DNA from: an uncultured Candidatus Saccharibacteria bacterium
Lineage (GTDB): Bacteria > Patescibacteriota > Minisyncoccia > Phycocordibacterales > PALSA-1337
Assembly (NCBI GenBank): GCA_964532285.1
Contig: CAZHHB010000002.1
Span: 36,684-100,683 of the forward strand
Direction: 5' to 3'
DNA: 64,000 bases
Below are positions 39,763 through 49,982 of the stretch, one piece after another. Below the pieces are notes generated by a model. The model did no database searches, was not told the DNA's origin, and saw nothing but the letters and a program-made list of their open reading frames with translations. The position numbers and the translations under genes are program-made. Each line of letters opens with the position of its first letter. The first letter of the stretch is position 1.

Positions 39763-40389
39763 ATGGATCCCGTAAGCGATAAACACAGTAATCTTTGGAA
39801 AGAACTACTGGAATGGGTAAAGGTCATCGTTATCGCTCTTATAATCTCTCTCCCTATCAGATATTTCATCGCTGAACCATTCATCGTGAATGGTGCTTCA
39901 ATGGACCCAGCTTTTTCTACTAGCCAATTCCTCATTGTAGACCGTGTCACATACCGCTTCAATGAACCAAAGCGCGGAGATGTTATCGTCTTCAAATACC
40001 CGAATGATCCAAGTACTTATTACATAAAACGCATTATAGGATTGCCAGGAGAAACATTAAATATAAAAAATGGCAAGGTAATACTTGGAAAATATGATTC
40101 AGAATGCAACACTATTGAGAATCGCTCATCGGCTTATTCAGATTGCATCATTCAAACTTTGGATGAACCGTATGTAAGTAGTACTCACGCTTCCAATGAC
40201 ACATTGACCGTCACTCTGAAATCTACTGAATATTTCGTAATGGGAGACAACCGTGCTCAAAGTTCAGACTCGCGCATTTGGGGACCTCTCGACAAAAGCT
40301 TCATCATCGGTCGCCCGATTGTGAGACTTTATCCATTTGACACATTATCATTATTCCCCGGTGAGCATCATGCGTATACACAAAAATAA
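39763..40389 (+). CDS. lepB: Signal peptidase I (S26)
   Basis: Start at MDPVSDKH; TM, then the catalytic Ser box NGASMDP and a K in the GDNR..SDSR box. Confidence 0.8.
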   Translation: MDPVSDKHSNLWKELLEWVKVIVIALIISLPIRYFIAEPFIVNGASMDPAFSTSQFLIVDRVTYRFNEPKRGDVIVFKYPNDPSTYYIKRIIGLPGETLNIKNGKVILGKYDSECNTIENRSSAYSDCIIQTLDEPYVSSTHASNDTLTVTLKSTEYFVMGDNRAQSSDSRIWGPLDKSFIIGRPIVRLYPFDTLSLFPGEHHAYTQK

Positions 40390-40390
40390 C

Positions 40391-41659
40391 ATGAAAACAA
40401 AGGAAAAGAGAAAAACGACCATATCGCGATACATAAATTACAATCATCTAGACAAAATAGGCGAGATCGCTGTCTACTATGGATTCACACCCGCCAAAAG
40501 TCCGATAATTTCCAAGGTTGATCTAGATTTCGCCAAAGGTATCACGGAGGGTGACTATGTGGACGATGAAACTTCCGAGCACGGCAGACTCCCGCTTCAT
40601 GTAGAAGAAAAGATCGCCCTGATCCGCACTTACCAAGAAGAAAATATGTACAATCTTTCCCAGCCGGTTATGCAATATTTCAAAGATCCTTGCAAAAACT
40701 CATATCACACCGGCAATGCTAAGAAAAACATCTATAATCGCTATGCGGATCTGGAGATCCTGGGTGCTTCAGGACCAATAGCCGAAGCCACACTCATCCA
40801 GACAGCCAGAGTGATTTTGGCCGAAGAGGGATATACGGATACGAGAGTGGACATCAACTCCATAGGTGAGCGTGACGCAATAAATCGCTTTGTACGCGAA
40901 CTGACTGCTTATTATCGCAAGAATCTAAACGAGATGACGCCTGAATGTAGGCAGATGTTCAAACGGGATCCGTTTGAATTATTATCTTCGCATGACAAAT
41001 CTGCCAAGGAATTAAATGCCAAGGCACCGCGCTCCATGGACTTCTTATCAGAAGATAGCCGAAAACACCTGGAGGAGGTCTTAGAATATTTAGAAGCTCT
41101 GAAGATACCTTACAACATCAATAACAATCTGATGGGTAATAGGAAATATTGTACAGAGACAATATTCACTATAGTCAATGTTGAACAAAGCAGTGATGAA
41201 AACAAGAAAACTGGCCAACACATACTTGCTTTGGGCGTACGTTATAATGGGCTGGCAAAACGCCTATCAGCCAAAAGAGATGTGCAGGGAGTCGGTATCT
41301 CGATACTGATCAAAAACCACAACAACGGCCTCCGTAAACCTTCTCCAAAAATGAAGAAACCAATCGCTTCATTTGTACAACTCGGCTTACAATCTAAATT
41401 GCTCTCACTGGAAGTTGTAGAAAAACTAAGACAATCAAAAATTCCACTTTACCTATCTTTAGCCAAAGATCACCTAGGCGCTCAGGTTTCTTCCGTAGAG
41501 AGATACCACACCCAATACGTCATAGTTATAGGCAAGAAAGAGGCTGTGGAACGCACGGCTATCGTTAGGAAAAATGATACTCACTCTCAAGAGATTGTTC
41601 CGTTGGATGAATTACCCAAATATATGAAAAAAGTGGAGACACAGTTGTACAAGAGGTAA
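40391..41659 (+). CDS. HisRS-like class II aaRS paralog (HisZ-like); function uncertain
   Basis: 423 aa; motifs RYADLEILG, GVRYNGL (degenerate motif 3) and a C-terminal anticodon-binding-like domain. The genuine hisS is at 55496-56800. Confidence 0.5.
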   Translation: MKTKEKRKTTISRYINYNHLDKIGEIAVYYGFTPAKSPIISKVDLDFAKGITEGDYVDDETSEHGRLPLHVEEKIALIRTYQEENMYNLSQPVMQYFKDPCKNSYHTGNAKKNIYNRYADLEILGASGPIAEATLIQTARVILAEEGYTDTRVDINSIGERDAINRFVRELTAYYRKNLNEMTPECRQMFKRDPFELLSSHDKSAKELNAKAPRSMDFLSEDSRKHLEEVLEYLEALKIPYNINNNLMGNRKYCTETIFTIVNVEQSSDENKKTGQHILALGVRYNGLAKRLSAKRDVQGVGISILIKNHNNGLRKPSPKMKKPIASFVQLGLQSKLLSLEVVEKLRQSKIPLYLSLAKDHLGAQVSSVERYHTQYVIVIGKKEAVERTAIVRKNDTHSQEIVPLDELPKYMKKVETQLYKR

Positions 41660-41682
41660 TTCTATGCTAACATTTCCCAATC

Positions 41683-41925
41683 ATGATTAATGCAGAAGTA
41701 ACTAGGAATCAAGGAGAAAACGCCATGGGCGTGATACGCCGTTTTACCCGCAAAGTACAAGGGGCCGGCATATTGCCTCGCGTACGCAGTCTCCGTTCCA
41801 GCACCCGTATCCAATCTCACTACAAAGTCAAAAAGCGCGCTTTGACACTGATCAAGCGCCGCGAACATATGGCCGAACTCATCAAACTCGGTAAGGCTCC
41901 AGTCAAAGCAGAGAGACGCAAATAA
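41683..41925 (+). CDS. rpsU: 30S ribosomal protein S21
   Basis: 80 aa; VIRRFTRKVQGAGILPRVRSLRS... basic S21 pattern. Operonic with ybeY. Confidence 0.7.
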   Translation: MINAEVTRNQGENAMGVIRRFTRKVQGAGILPRVRSLRSSTRIQSHYKVKKRALTLIKRREHMAELIKLGKAPVKAERRK

Positions 41926-41930
41926 GCTAG

Positions 41931-42317
41931 ATGTCAAAATCTTTCTCCTTAATTAACGAAACACGCACGAAATCTCCAAGTGCGTCTGTTTTCTTGTCTA
42001 TTAAAAATGCTTCTCTCGGCAAGAACTATCATTTGAATATCATTATCACTACGCCTGCCAAAATTAAAAAACTAAATACGATCTACCGCGACAAAGAAGA
42101 GGCGACGGATATACTAAGCTTCCCTATTTCAGATAATGAGGGCGAGATCTTCATTTGTCCTAGTGAAGCCAAGAAAGAGGCTGTGAAATTCGGCAGGACT
42201 TACGAAAATTTCTTGAAATTTCTCCTTATCCACGGTTGTGTCCATTTGAAAGGCTACGACCATGGTAGTACAATGGAGAACATAGAGGTCGGGCTTCGCA
42301 AGGAGTTCGGGGTGTAG
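41931..42317 (+). CDS. ybeY: Endoribonuclease YbeY (rRNA maturation factor)
   Basis: 128 aa; metal-binding motif HGCVHLKGYDH. Confidence 0.85.
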   Translation: MSKSFSLINETRTKSPSASVFLSIKNASLGKNYHLNIIITTPAKIKKLNTIYRDKEEATDILSFPISDNEGEIFICPSEAKKEAVKFGRTYENFLKFLLIHGCVHLKGYDHGSTMENIEVGLRKEFGV

Positions 42318-42324
42318 TTATACT

Positions 42325-42480
42325 GTGCTTGTGATATGTCTTCTAGCGAGCCGAGGACCTGTTTGAGCAGAGTATAAATTGCTAGGTTTTTATGCTCGGA
42401 CTGCCAGATGCCCCGTGAGCGTAAAAACCTTGCAATTTAACGATAGCGAGTCCCGCAGGCGAGTGAGAAGATATATCACA
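42325..42480. repeat. Copy C of family L palindromic element (degenerate core); locus-specific IR tgtgatatgtcttct / agaagatatatcaca
   Basis: Shares the arms cgagccgaggacctgtttgagc...gaaattgctagg and ...caatttaacg.tagcgagtcccgcagg. The central part is replaced. Confidence 0.65.
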
Positions 42481-42518
42481 GGCACAGTACACAACAACTA
42501 TTCAACCAACCAAATCAC

Positions 42519-43700
42519 ATGTCACGAAATATCATAACCGGAATAGATGTAGGCACTTATTATGTGAAAGTGATCATTGCAAGTGCGCATGAACGCAATG
42601 AAAAAGGCATGCCGAAGATATTAGCAGCGGCCTCCACCGAATCCAAAGGTGTCAGACATGGTTATGTGACGAATGTCAGGGATGTATCAGATGCCATAAA
42701 GCGCGCGGTAGAACTCGCCGAAGAAAAAGCTGGAGTAAAAATAAAAAAAGCTTTCGTGGGTATATCAGGCATAGGACTATCTTCTGTTTCTGTGAATAGC
42801 ACCGTCATGACTTCGCGAGCTGATGCGGAGATCACTGAATTGGACCTCAAGAAACTTCACGAACAATGCGAGAAGGATATACCACATTCAGCCATAGTAA
42901 ACCGCAGGATAATATATGAGATCCCTCTGCAATACAAAATAGACGGATTCCCTTCCATGGGATCGTTGGATGGTATGAAAGGCAATAAAATAGAACAAAA
43001 AGCTCTATTCATAACATGCCTAGATCGTCATGTAGCAGACCTCATCTCTGCTGTTAACGAAGCTGGGGTTGAAGTTGAGGATATAATGGCGGCCCCTATA
43101 GCTGCCGGATTCGTAACTCTTTCAAAAACCCAAAAAGTCGCTGGTTGTGTCCTAGCGAACATAGGTGCCGAAACAGTCTCTATCGCTGTTTTTGAAAATA
43201 ATATCCCCACATCACTTGAAGTCTTCCCCATCGGGTCAACCGATATTACAAATGACATTGCTCTCGGTCTCAAAGTCCCATTGGAAGAAGCCGAACAAAT
43301 CAAGGTTGGCGCGATCACAGGAACTTCATATCCACGGAAGAAACTTGATGAGATAATCTCAGCTCGTCTTTCCGATATATTTGAATTGATAGAGGCACAT
43401 TTGAAAAAGATTGGGAGAAATGGTCTCTTGCCAGCAGGAATTATCATTACCGGAGGTGGTTCCAGCCTGTCGTCCATAGATACGATGGCAAAAGTCTCAC
43501 TCAAATTACCTTCCAGGATAGGACTTATCGGTTTCGTCGACGGAAAATCTTCTTTCAAAGAAGCGGCTTGGGCGGTAGCATACGGACTGTGTATCTGGGG
43601 TGTTCACGCCGAAGAAAGTCCAGAACTAGACAATTCAACCCAATTCATCAAACATACATGGAAGGTCACGGGAAGGTGGTTCAAGCAATTTCTTCCTTAA
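42519..43700 (+). CDS. ftsA: Cell division protein FtsA
   Basis: 393 aa; actin fold (GIDVGTYYVKV, ITGGGSSL). Confidence 0.85.
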   Translation: MSRNIITGIDVGTYYVKVIIASAHERNEKGMPKILAAASTESKGVRHGYVTNVRDVSDAIKRAVELAEEKAGVKIKKAFVGISGIGLSSVSVNSTVMTSRADAEITELDLKKLHEQCEKDIPHSAIVNRRIIYEIPLQYKIDGFPSMGSLDGMKGNKIEQKALFITCLDRHVADLISAVNEAGVEVEDIMAAPIAAGFVTLSKTQKVAGCVLANIGAETVSIAVFENNIPTSLEVFPIGSTDITNDIALGLKVPLEEAEQIKVGAITGTSYPRKKLDEIISARLSDIFELIEAHLKKIGRNGLLPAGIIITGGGSSLSSIDTMAKVSLKLPSRIGLIGFVDGKSSFKEAAWAVAYGLCIWGVHAEESPELDNSTQFIKHTWKVTGRWFKQFLP

Positions 43701-43723
43701 TCAATATTTCCTAAAATAATACT

Positions 43724-44296
43724 ATGATTTTACCTGGGCATTTGGCTGGAGGATATCTCGTGACGAAGGCGCTGGCCCTCGTAGTAAATCCTGCCATGAG
43801 TCCAGAACAGATGGTGGCTATTTTTATTATAGGCACACTAGCTGGTGAACTACCCGATATAGATATCGCCATTCACATATTCACAAAATACTTTACAAAG
43901 AGAATCGACAAGCCCAACCACAGAGAGTATATAACCCACACACCACTTTTCTGGGCAATCATATCCGGAATAATATCTTCTATCGGATATCTAATAAATT
44001 CAGATTTTGTAATCTTCGGCGGACTAATCATTTTGGCCGGCACATGGTCACATCTTCTGTTGGATTCTATAGAATACGGAGTGCGCTGGTTGTGGCCATT
44101 TTCCAACAAGAGATACTCTATTATCAAAGAATCTACAGAAAAGGTAGTCTTCAATAATCCAGGATCGATATCTTATTATTTCGATGTTTTAAAGTTTTCC
44201 TGTGGACACAAACTCCTGTTATACATAGAGATATGTATCACACTACTTGCTCTGTATTTTGTAATTCTCACTTGTGTACTTAAATCCCTATGGTAA
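43724..44296 (+). CDS. Membrane-bound metal-dependent hydrolase-like protein (YdjM/DUF457-like)
   Basis: 190 aa polytopic protein; MILPGHLAGGYL...SHLLLD pattern. Confidence 0.4.
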   Translation: MILPGHLAGGYLVTKALALVVNPAMSPEQMVAIFIIGTLAGELPDIDIAIHIFTKYFTKRIDKPNHREYITHTPLFWAIISGIISSIGYLINSDFVIFGGLIILAGTWSHLLLDSIEYGVRWLWPFSNKRYSIIKESTEKVVFNNPGSISYYFDVLKFSCGHKLLLYIEICITLLALYFVILTCVLKSLW

Positions 44297-44327
44297 TATA
44301 CAACACATAGAAAGCTAAATCCCCAAT

Positions 44328-45536
44328 ATGCCAAACATAACTCCAGACATAGAAGCATTTGCCAGAATAAAAGTCCTCGGTGTCGGTGGCTCAGGAATGA
44401 ATGCCGTCAACCACATGATCAACTGCAAAGTTCGCGGTGTTGATTTCATGGCTATCAATACAGATTCGCAAGATTTGCATCGCTCTCTAGCCAAGAAACG
44501 CATCCACATAGGCAAAAGTCTCACTCGCGGTCTAGGTACTGGTATGAATCCAGATCTAGGCAGACGCGCCGTAGAAGAGACCAAGGACGAGATCCAGGAA
44601 GCCGTTAAGGGTGCTGATATGGTATTCGTCACATGTGGACTGGGGGGTGGTACCGGTAGTGGCGCAAGCCCAACAGTTGCACGTACCGCAAAAGAGCTCG
44701 GCTGTTTGACAGTAGCAGTTGTGACCAAGCCATTCTATTTCGAAGGACGCCAGCGTGCACGCATTGCCGAAGCGGCTCTAGATGAACTGCGCAAAGAAGT
44801 AGACGCTATCATTGTCATCCCGAACGATCGCCTGCTCTCTTCTATCAACAAAGAGACCACAGTCAAAAATGCTTTCTCTCAATGTGATGAGATATTGCGC
44901 CAAGCAGTCGAGGGTATATCTGACCTCATCACCACTCCAGGCTTGATCAATATAGACTTTGCCGACATTCGTACAGTCATGGAAAATGCTGGATCAGCTC
45001 TCATGGGTATCGGTTCTGCCTCTGGAGAGAATCGCGCCATCGAAGCCGCCAAAGCTGCTATCAATTCCCCACTTCTGGATGTCTCTATCGCCGGAGCCAA
45101 GGGTGTTCTATTCTCCATTGCTGGCGGTGAAGACCTGACAATGTTCGAGATCCAGGATGCCGCCAAGGTCATTACCGAATCCATAGACCAAGAAGCCAAG
45201 ATTATCTTCGGTACAGTGAGAGATGATAAGTTGAAGAAAAATGAGATCAAGATCACAGTTATCGCCACGGGTTTCCCAGAAGGTGTCTCAGCTTCGGGCA
45301 GTAGACAGACTCCTACCACTGCCACACAGCCTGCACCTACCGAGTCATCCATCTCTTCTCTGATGCGTCGTGGTGAAAAGAGCAAGATCTACAGTCAGTC
45401 AGAGGATGCCTCAAAGACTCCTACTGTTCCTAACTCCGAAAAAACCGAAACAAAAAATATAAAACCAGAGACGAAAGATGACGATGATGATTGGGGTGCA
45501 ATACCGGCGTTTTTGAGGAGAAGTAGGTTGAAGTAA
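44328..45536 (+). CDS. ftsZ: Cell division GTPase FtsZ
   Basis: 402 aa; tubulin signature GGGTGSG and T7 loop NxDFAD; P/T-rich C-terminal linker. Confidence 0.9.
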   Translation: MPNITPDIEAFARIKVLGVGGSGMNAVNHMINCKVRGVDFMAINTDSQDLHRSLAKKRIHIGKSLTRGLGTGMNPDLGRRAVEETKDEIQEAVKGADMVFVTCGLGGGTGSGASPTVARTAKELGCLTVAVVTKPFYFEGRQRARIAEAALDELRKEVDAIIVIPNDRLLSSINKETTVKNAFSQCDEILRQAVEGISDLITTPGLINIDFADIRTVMENAGSALMGIGSASGENRAIEAAKAAINSPLLDVSIAGAKGVLFSIAGGEDLTMFEIQDAAKVITESIDQEAKIIFGTVRDDKLKKNEIKITVIATGFPEGVSASGSRQTPTTATQPAPTESSISSLMRRGEKSKIYSQSEDASKTPTVPNSEKTETKNIKPETKDDDDDWGAIPAFLRRSRLK

Positions 45537-45544
45537 ACTTTCTT

Positions 45545-45565
45545 CCAAGATCCGATCTCGGTATA
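45545..45565. repeat. 21-bp palindromic repeat unit, family P
   Basis: ccaagatccgatctcggtata immediately after the ftsZ stop. Confidence 0.75.
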
Positions 45566-45609
45566 TTGACATCACATATACATAGTGATACTTTTTACCA
45601 TAGACGAAA

Positions 45610-45981
45610 TTGAAAAACTATAAAATTATGACTGCAACAAAAGATCCTATCATCTCCCAGGATGACCTAGAGGAATTGGCTAGAATAAAATACACAGACG
45701 GAGAATTGGCTTGCATGGAATCTTTCCTGTCTGATTTCTGCAAAACGGCCCGCCTGTATCTGACTCGTATCTTCGTCAGGGGGAAAATCAGCGGCAAGAC
45801 ATTCAGCGAAATATTGGACGTGTGCTCCACACTGAATGAAACTGTCTGGAAAAATGGTACAGAAGAACGCATCGGCGATCCGGATGATGTCGCACCACCG
45901 AATGTTGGTATGAATAATACCGCGGCTTTTTACAAAGCTTACGAAATGCTTGGACTCCGGTCACCGAAATTTCTCTTTTGA
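45610..45981 (+). CDS. Hypothetical protein (123 aa)
   Basis: Complete ORF with no recognisable motif. Confidence 0.35.
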   Translation: MKNYKIMTATKDPIISQDDLEELARIKYTDGELACMESFLSDFCKTARLYLTRIFVRGKISGKTFSEILDVCSTLNETVWKNGTEERIGDPDDVAPPNVGMNNTAAFYKAYEMLGLRSPKFLF

Positions 45982-46091
45982 TCACTATGTTCGAGTTAGC
46001 CCCGTCCACAAGGATGGGGCTATTTTATACACGAAAATAAATTTCTTTTCCTCTCCCACCCATGCTCCTTTTCTGCTACAATAAGAAACCT

Positions 46092-47033
46092 ATGACATAC
46101 GATCTTGCAATCATCGGTGGTGGACCTGCGGGAGCGGCGGCGGGAGTTTATGCCGCCAGAAAGCGCCTGCGTACCATATTCATCACAAAAGACTGGTTCG
46201 GGCAAAGCTCCGTCTCAGAAAAAGTCGAAAACTGGATAGGAACAGTTGCCATATCGGGGACTGAACTTTCAAATAGTCTGGAAAAACATGTTAAAGCTTA
46301 CGCCGGAGATATCATAGATATACACGAGGGTGAGGGCTGCAAAAATATCTCTAGAGATTCTGCGGATGTTTCATCGGGCGAAATTTTCTCAATAACTACA
46401 GACAAGGGTGAGTACAAAGCCAAGACTATCCTCATCACATCAGGTAGTCGCAGACGTAAGATGGATATACCAGGGGCTGACAAATATGAACACAAAGGTC
46501 TCACCTACTGTGCTACCTGCGACGGACCTATGTATGCTGACCAGGATGTAGCTGTTATCGGCAGTGGCAATGCTGGATTTGAGAGTGCTGCGCAATTATT
46601 GGCGTATTGCAAGAGTGTTACTTTATTGAATAGAAGCGGTGTGTTCAAAGCTGATCCAGAAACAATAGAGAAGGTCTTGAAACATCCGAAAATGAAAGTC
46701 CTCAAGTTCGCTGTACCAAAAGAGATAAAGGGTGACAAATTCGTAACCTCCATTGTCTATACGGATTCGCAATCTGGCAAAGATGTTGAACTCCCAGTCA
46801 CGGGAATATTCGCCGAGATCGGATCTATACCGAACACTGATTTTACCAAAGGTTTCGTTGAGTTGGATAAATACGATCACATTGTAATAGATGCAAAGAA
46901 TCAACGCGCCTCTGTAGATGGCATCTGGTCTGCCGGAGATTGTACTGATGGATTATTCCACCAAAATAACATTGCGGCGGGTGATGCTGTAAAAGCTATT
47001 GAAGATATTTATTTGTGGTTGAATGCGAGGTAG
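46092..47033 (+). CDS. trxB: Thioredoxin-disulfide reductase
   Basis: Start at MTYDLAIIGGGPAGAAAGVYAA (FAD GxGxxG); redox-active CATCDG; second NAD(P) motif GSGNAG. Confidence 0.8.
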   Translation: MTYDLAIIGGGPAGAAAGVYAARKRLRTIFITKDWFGQSSVSEKVENWIGTVAISGTELSNSLEKHVKAYAGDIIDIHEGEGCKNISRDSADVSSGEIFSITTDKGEYKAKTILITSGSRRRKMDIPGADKYEHKGLTYCATCDGPMYADQDVAVIGSGNAGFESAAQLLAYCKSVTLLNRSGVFKADPETIEKVLKHPKMKVLKFAVPKEIKGDKFVTSIVYTDSQSGKDVELPVTGIFAEIGSIPNTDFTKGFVELDKYDHIVIDAKNQRASVDGIWSAGDCTDGLFHQNNIAAGDAVKAIEDIYLWLNAR

Positions 47034-47038
47034 TTACT

Positions 47039-47078
47039 ACCAAGATCCGATCTTGGTATACCTAGATCCGATCTAGCT
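47039..47078. repeat. Family P palindromic unit plus a degenerate second unit (accaagatccgatcttggtata / cctagatccgatctagc)
   Basis: Immediately after the trxB stop. Confidence 0.7.
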
Positions 47079-47423
47079 ACCCCCAACCCCGCCTAATTCC
47101 GCCTTAACCTTAATCAAAACATTCCCATTGAAATAATTTTCAATATTCGCGATACAACCAAACTCGGGTACGCTCACTTCCCCATTCAAAAAGTAATCTT
47201 TGGCAATCATCAGAGTTGCTGTATCCAGACAGGCGTTCGCATTGAAACGAGCTTGGATGCGGAGTTCGTGGCGATTTACAGTATCGGCGTAAGAGATGGC
47301 GGCTGACATTGTAACTAGGGAAAAAGAAATGGTGCCGAGGGCAAGCAGGATGACGGCGGTTACAGCCATGAAGCCCTTGTTCGAGGGTAGGCCTCGGTTA
47401 GTTTTGAATATCTTGTATATCAT
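47073..47423 (-). CDS. Pseudopilin/minor-pilin-like protein
   Basis: 116 aa; N-terminal KGFMAVTAVILLALG hydrophobic segment resembling a prepilin N-terminus but lacking Glu5. Confidence 0.4.
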   Translation of the reverse strand: MIYKIFKTNRGLPSNKGFMAVTAVILLALGTISFSLVTMSAAISYADTVNRHELRIQARFNANACLDTATLMIAKDYFLNGEVSVPEFGCIANIENYFNGNVLIKVKAELGGVGGS

Positions 47424-47595
47424 TTATTATTTCTATATTTCTTAAGTGCGTGCTATATGAATATTGAATGAAACCAGCCAGCAAAAAAGAAAGGAGCGTT
47501 GCGTAAATCAAAGATTCTATCAAAGTGAAGCCGTTACACGGTAACTTGATTGATATTTTGGGCTTAATAAGTAATTTCATAAACAACGGGAGCAT
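47398..47595 (-). CDS. pilA: Type IV prepilin (short)
   Basis: 65 aa; canonical class III signal ...NG|FTLIESLIYATLLSFLLAG. Confidence 0.6.
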   Translation of the reverse strand: MLPLFMKLLIKPKISIKLPCNGFTLIESLIYATLLSFLLAGFIQYSYSTHLRNIEIINDIQDIQN

Positions 47596-48943
47596 TAGCG
47601 GCTAATATGTAGAGATGGTTGCGATCACAAGTAATAGTCTTCGGTAAGATTGGTAGTGAGTAAGCCTCGAGATCCGATCTAGGTATACCAAGATCGGATC
47701 TTGGTATATCAAAAATCTGCAATTCCCTATCTACTTCTCGAGTGATAATAAACGATCTGGAACGATCTGCTACAATCCCATAGACACCGCCCCGAATATC
47801 GGTAGATGTTGGACTAGCAAGAGTTGTGGAGGAATTCGTAGGCCAAGAGAATAATTCATGATCAGAAGTGAGATTGAAACCACCAGAAGTGCGACCGAAT
47901 TTCAAACCGTCTTCAAATAATGAAATGTTCTTCCCTTCTTGTCTTTGCCAGCCAGATGGACTGAGTGAATTCAGAAGTACAGGGTTGGCGGGATCATGTA
48001 CATCAACTACTCGCAACTGTTTCTCATCGGAAGCTGCGATGTAAGCAATACCGTCTCTTACAAAAATATCATTAACTTTTGAATTGGTTTCCATACCGCT
48101 CAACCAGACAGGGTTGGCTGGATCAATGACATCAATAATATTAAATTCATCGCCGTCCCATTTCTCTGTACCGAGATAGACCTTGTTATCATTGAAGAAG
48201 ATGGCACTACCTAGTGCTGGTGTAGCTGTGGCGTAAGGTAGAGGCAATCTATATTTCTTCTCAAGGACTAGATTTTGCAGACTATCCATCCTGATGACAT
48301 GAAGTTCGGATGCTGTGCTTGGGGCTGAAGCAAATATTCTTTTGCCAGCCAGAGCTATTGAGGAGATGCCTGGACCGGTGTTTATCTGTGAGATGATTGA
48401 TGGATTGTCTTGATCTTTTGCATCTATTATCAAGAAGTCTGGATCAGAAGCGGTTGAAGAGTCGGCTCCAATATAGAAAACGCCATTTCTAACTTCAATG
48501 TCGGTTAACGGTAGAAGTGGATCGATTGGGAGATTGATAAGTTTGATGATTGGTGTGGACGCAGAGAAATCAACAGAACAAAGCGGTGTCCCAATGGCAT
48601 AAGAAGCGTCACTTAATTGGAAGACATTCTGAGAATTGGCTTGACGGGCAGAGACGGAAACAAATCGCAGAGTACTAGAAGCAACTTCAATATCTGTCTG
48701 AAACATATCATTACCATAAAGCTTCGTGCTTGAGGTGTAATCGCCAGCCTCATAAAGCTTCAGTGCTTCATCACGAGCTTGGGCTTGTTCAAATATTTCT
48801 TGTGAACCAGTTGAGAGTGAAGCAGTTACAGCAATAAAGATCGTCGCCAATGTCAGCGCCAAAATAATATCAATCGTAAGCGAGCCGGTTTTCCAAGATC
48901 CGATCTCGGTATATTTACTTTTGTAATGCTCTCGAAATATCAT
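47564..48943 (-). CDS. Large pilin-like/pilus-associated protein with N-terminal prepilin-like helix; C-terminus contains an in-frame family P repeat pair
   Basis: 459 aa; KTGSLTIDIILALTLATIFIAV N-terminus. The repeat at 47666-47707 is translated as IPRSDLGIPRSDLE 30 codons before the stop. Confidence 0.45.
   Translation of the reverse strand: MIFREHYKSKYTEIGSWKTGSLTIDIILALTLATIFIAVTASLSTGSQEIFEQAQARDEALKLYEAGDYTSSTKLYGNDMFQTDIEVASSTLRFVSVSARQANSQNVFQLSDASYAIGTPLCSVDFSASTPIIKLINLPIDPLLPLTDIEVRNGVFYIGADSSTASDPDFLIIDAKDQDNPSIISQINTGPGISSIALAGKRIFASAPSTASELHVIRMDSLQNLVLEKKYRLPLPYATATPALGSAIFFNDNKVYLGTEKWDGDEFNIIDVIDPANPVWLSGMETNSKVNDIFVRDGIAYIAASDEKQLRVVDVHDPANPVLLNSLSPSGWQRQEGKNISLFEDGLKFGRTSGGFNLTSDHELFSWPTNSSTTLASPTSTDIRGGVYGIVADRSRSFIITREVDRELQIFDIPRSDLGIPRSDLEAYSLPILPKTITCDRNHLYILAANAPVVYEITY
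47666..47707. repeat. Inverted pair of family P palindromic units inside a coding ORF
   Basis: ctcgagatccgatctaggtata / taccaagatcggatcttggtata. Confidence 0.75.
48893..48913. repeat. 21-bp palindromic repeat unit, family P
   Basis: ccaagatccgatctcggtata at the pilC / 459-aa ORF junction. Confidence 0.7.
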
Positions 48944-49970
48944 ATATCGGCATCATTATTGATAAAGCGATGGCACCGACTATGAGCCCCATGCCTGCCA
49001 TCATCACGGGTTCTATGAGAGAAGTTAAGCGTTTCAGGGAATGTTCAATATCACGATCAATAATAGAGGCCGCACGGATAATAGAAATGCCCAGAGTTCC
49101 AGACGATTCCCCTGCACGCAAGAGAGGTGCGACATAAGATGGGATTTTATTAAATGAAAGAATATTACCAAATGGAATACCACGCTTGGCATCCGACTCA
49201 GTTGACTGTAACCGCATCCTAAGTGGAATAAGAGAAATCGTCCTGATCGTATCAGAATAAGCACGCGAAGATGATATGCCAGACTCGACCAAGGCCCCAA
49301 ATGAGTGCAGAAACATAGATAATGAATATGAATATATGAGTGAACCGATAATAGGTACTCTGGAAATAAGAACGTGACAAAATTTCTTAAAAGTTTGTGA
49401 CTTCTTGAAAGCTGTTATACATACGACCGATACAACAATAAAGCCCCCGCCGCCAAATATTCCATAATTTAAAAACCCTTCTGAGATTGAAATAACCACG
49501 CGAGTCAAAAAAGGTAAATTTACATTCAAACCCTTGAGCATAGGAATGATCTGAGGCATCACTCCACGAACAAGCCCGACGGTCAAAAGTGTGGCAAATA
49601 AGCCGATGACGACTGGATAGACCATGGCTGAGGTGCATTTCTTGCGGAGTTCTTCTCCTCGTTCCATGGTAGATCTAGAAGCAGATAGAGATGAAGATAA
49701 ATTTCCCGAAAGTTCACCGTGCTCTATCAAGCTGGATATCGTAGGCGATAGTCCGATGTTTTTCGTAAGTGCTTGTGACAATAATCCTCCAGACTCTACG
49801 GCTAGACGAACACTCTCCAGAGAAGACTTTTGTTTCGGAGATATTCCTTCTCCGGCTATTTCAAGAGCTTTGTTGATAGTAAGTCCTGAAGAAACATAAA
49901 GCTCCAATCTTTCCAGAAGTAGAGTGATGTCTCTGCGCTTCCATTTTTTATTTAATGAAATTAGTTTCAT
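48915..49970 (-). CDS. pilC: Type IV pilus / type II secretion platform protein (GspF/PilC family)
   Basis: 351 aa polytopic protein with GspF-like repeats. Confidence 0.8.
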   Translation of the reverse strand: MKLISLNKKWKRRDITLLLERLELYVSSGLTINKALEIAGEGISPKQKSSLESVRLAVESGGLLSQALTKNIGLSPTISSLIEHGELSGNLSSSLSASRSTMERGEELRKKCTSAMVYPVVIGLFATLLTVGLVRGVMPQIIPMLKGLNVNLPFLTRVVISISEGFLNYGIFGGGGFIVVSVVCITAFKKSQTFKKFCHVLISRVPIIGSLIYSYSLSMFLHSFGALVESGISSSRAYSDTIRTISLIPLRMRLQSTESDAKRGIPFGNILSFNKIPSYVAPLLRAGESSGTLGISIIRAASIIDRDIEHSLKRLTSLIEPVMMAGMGLIVGAIALSIMMPIYDISRALQK

Positions 49971-49982
49971 ATTGGTTTGACA

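Noticed and set aside
41662-41937. 91-aa minus-strand ORF overlapping rpsU
   Set aside because: The plus-strand product matches the ribosomal protein S21 basic motif, and it is operonic with ybeY.
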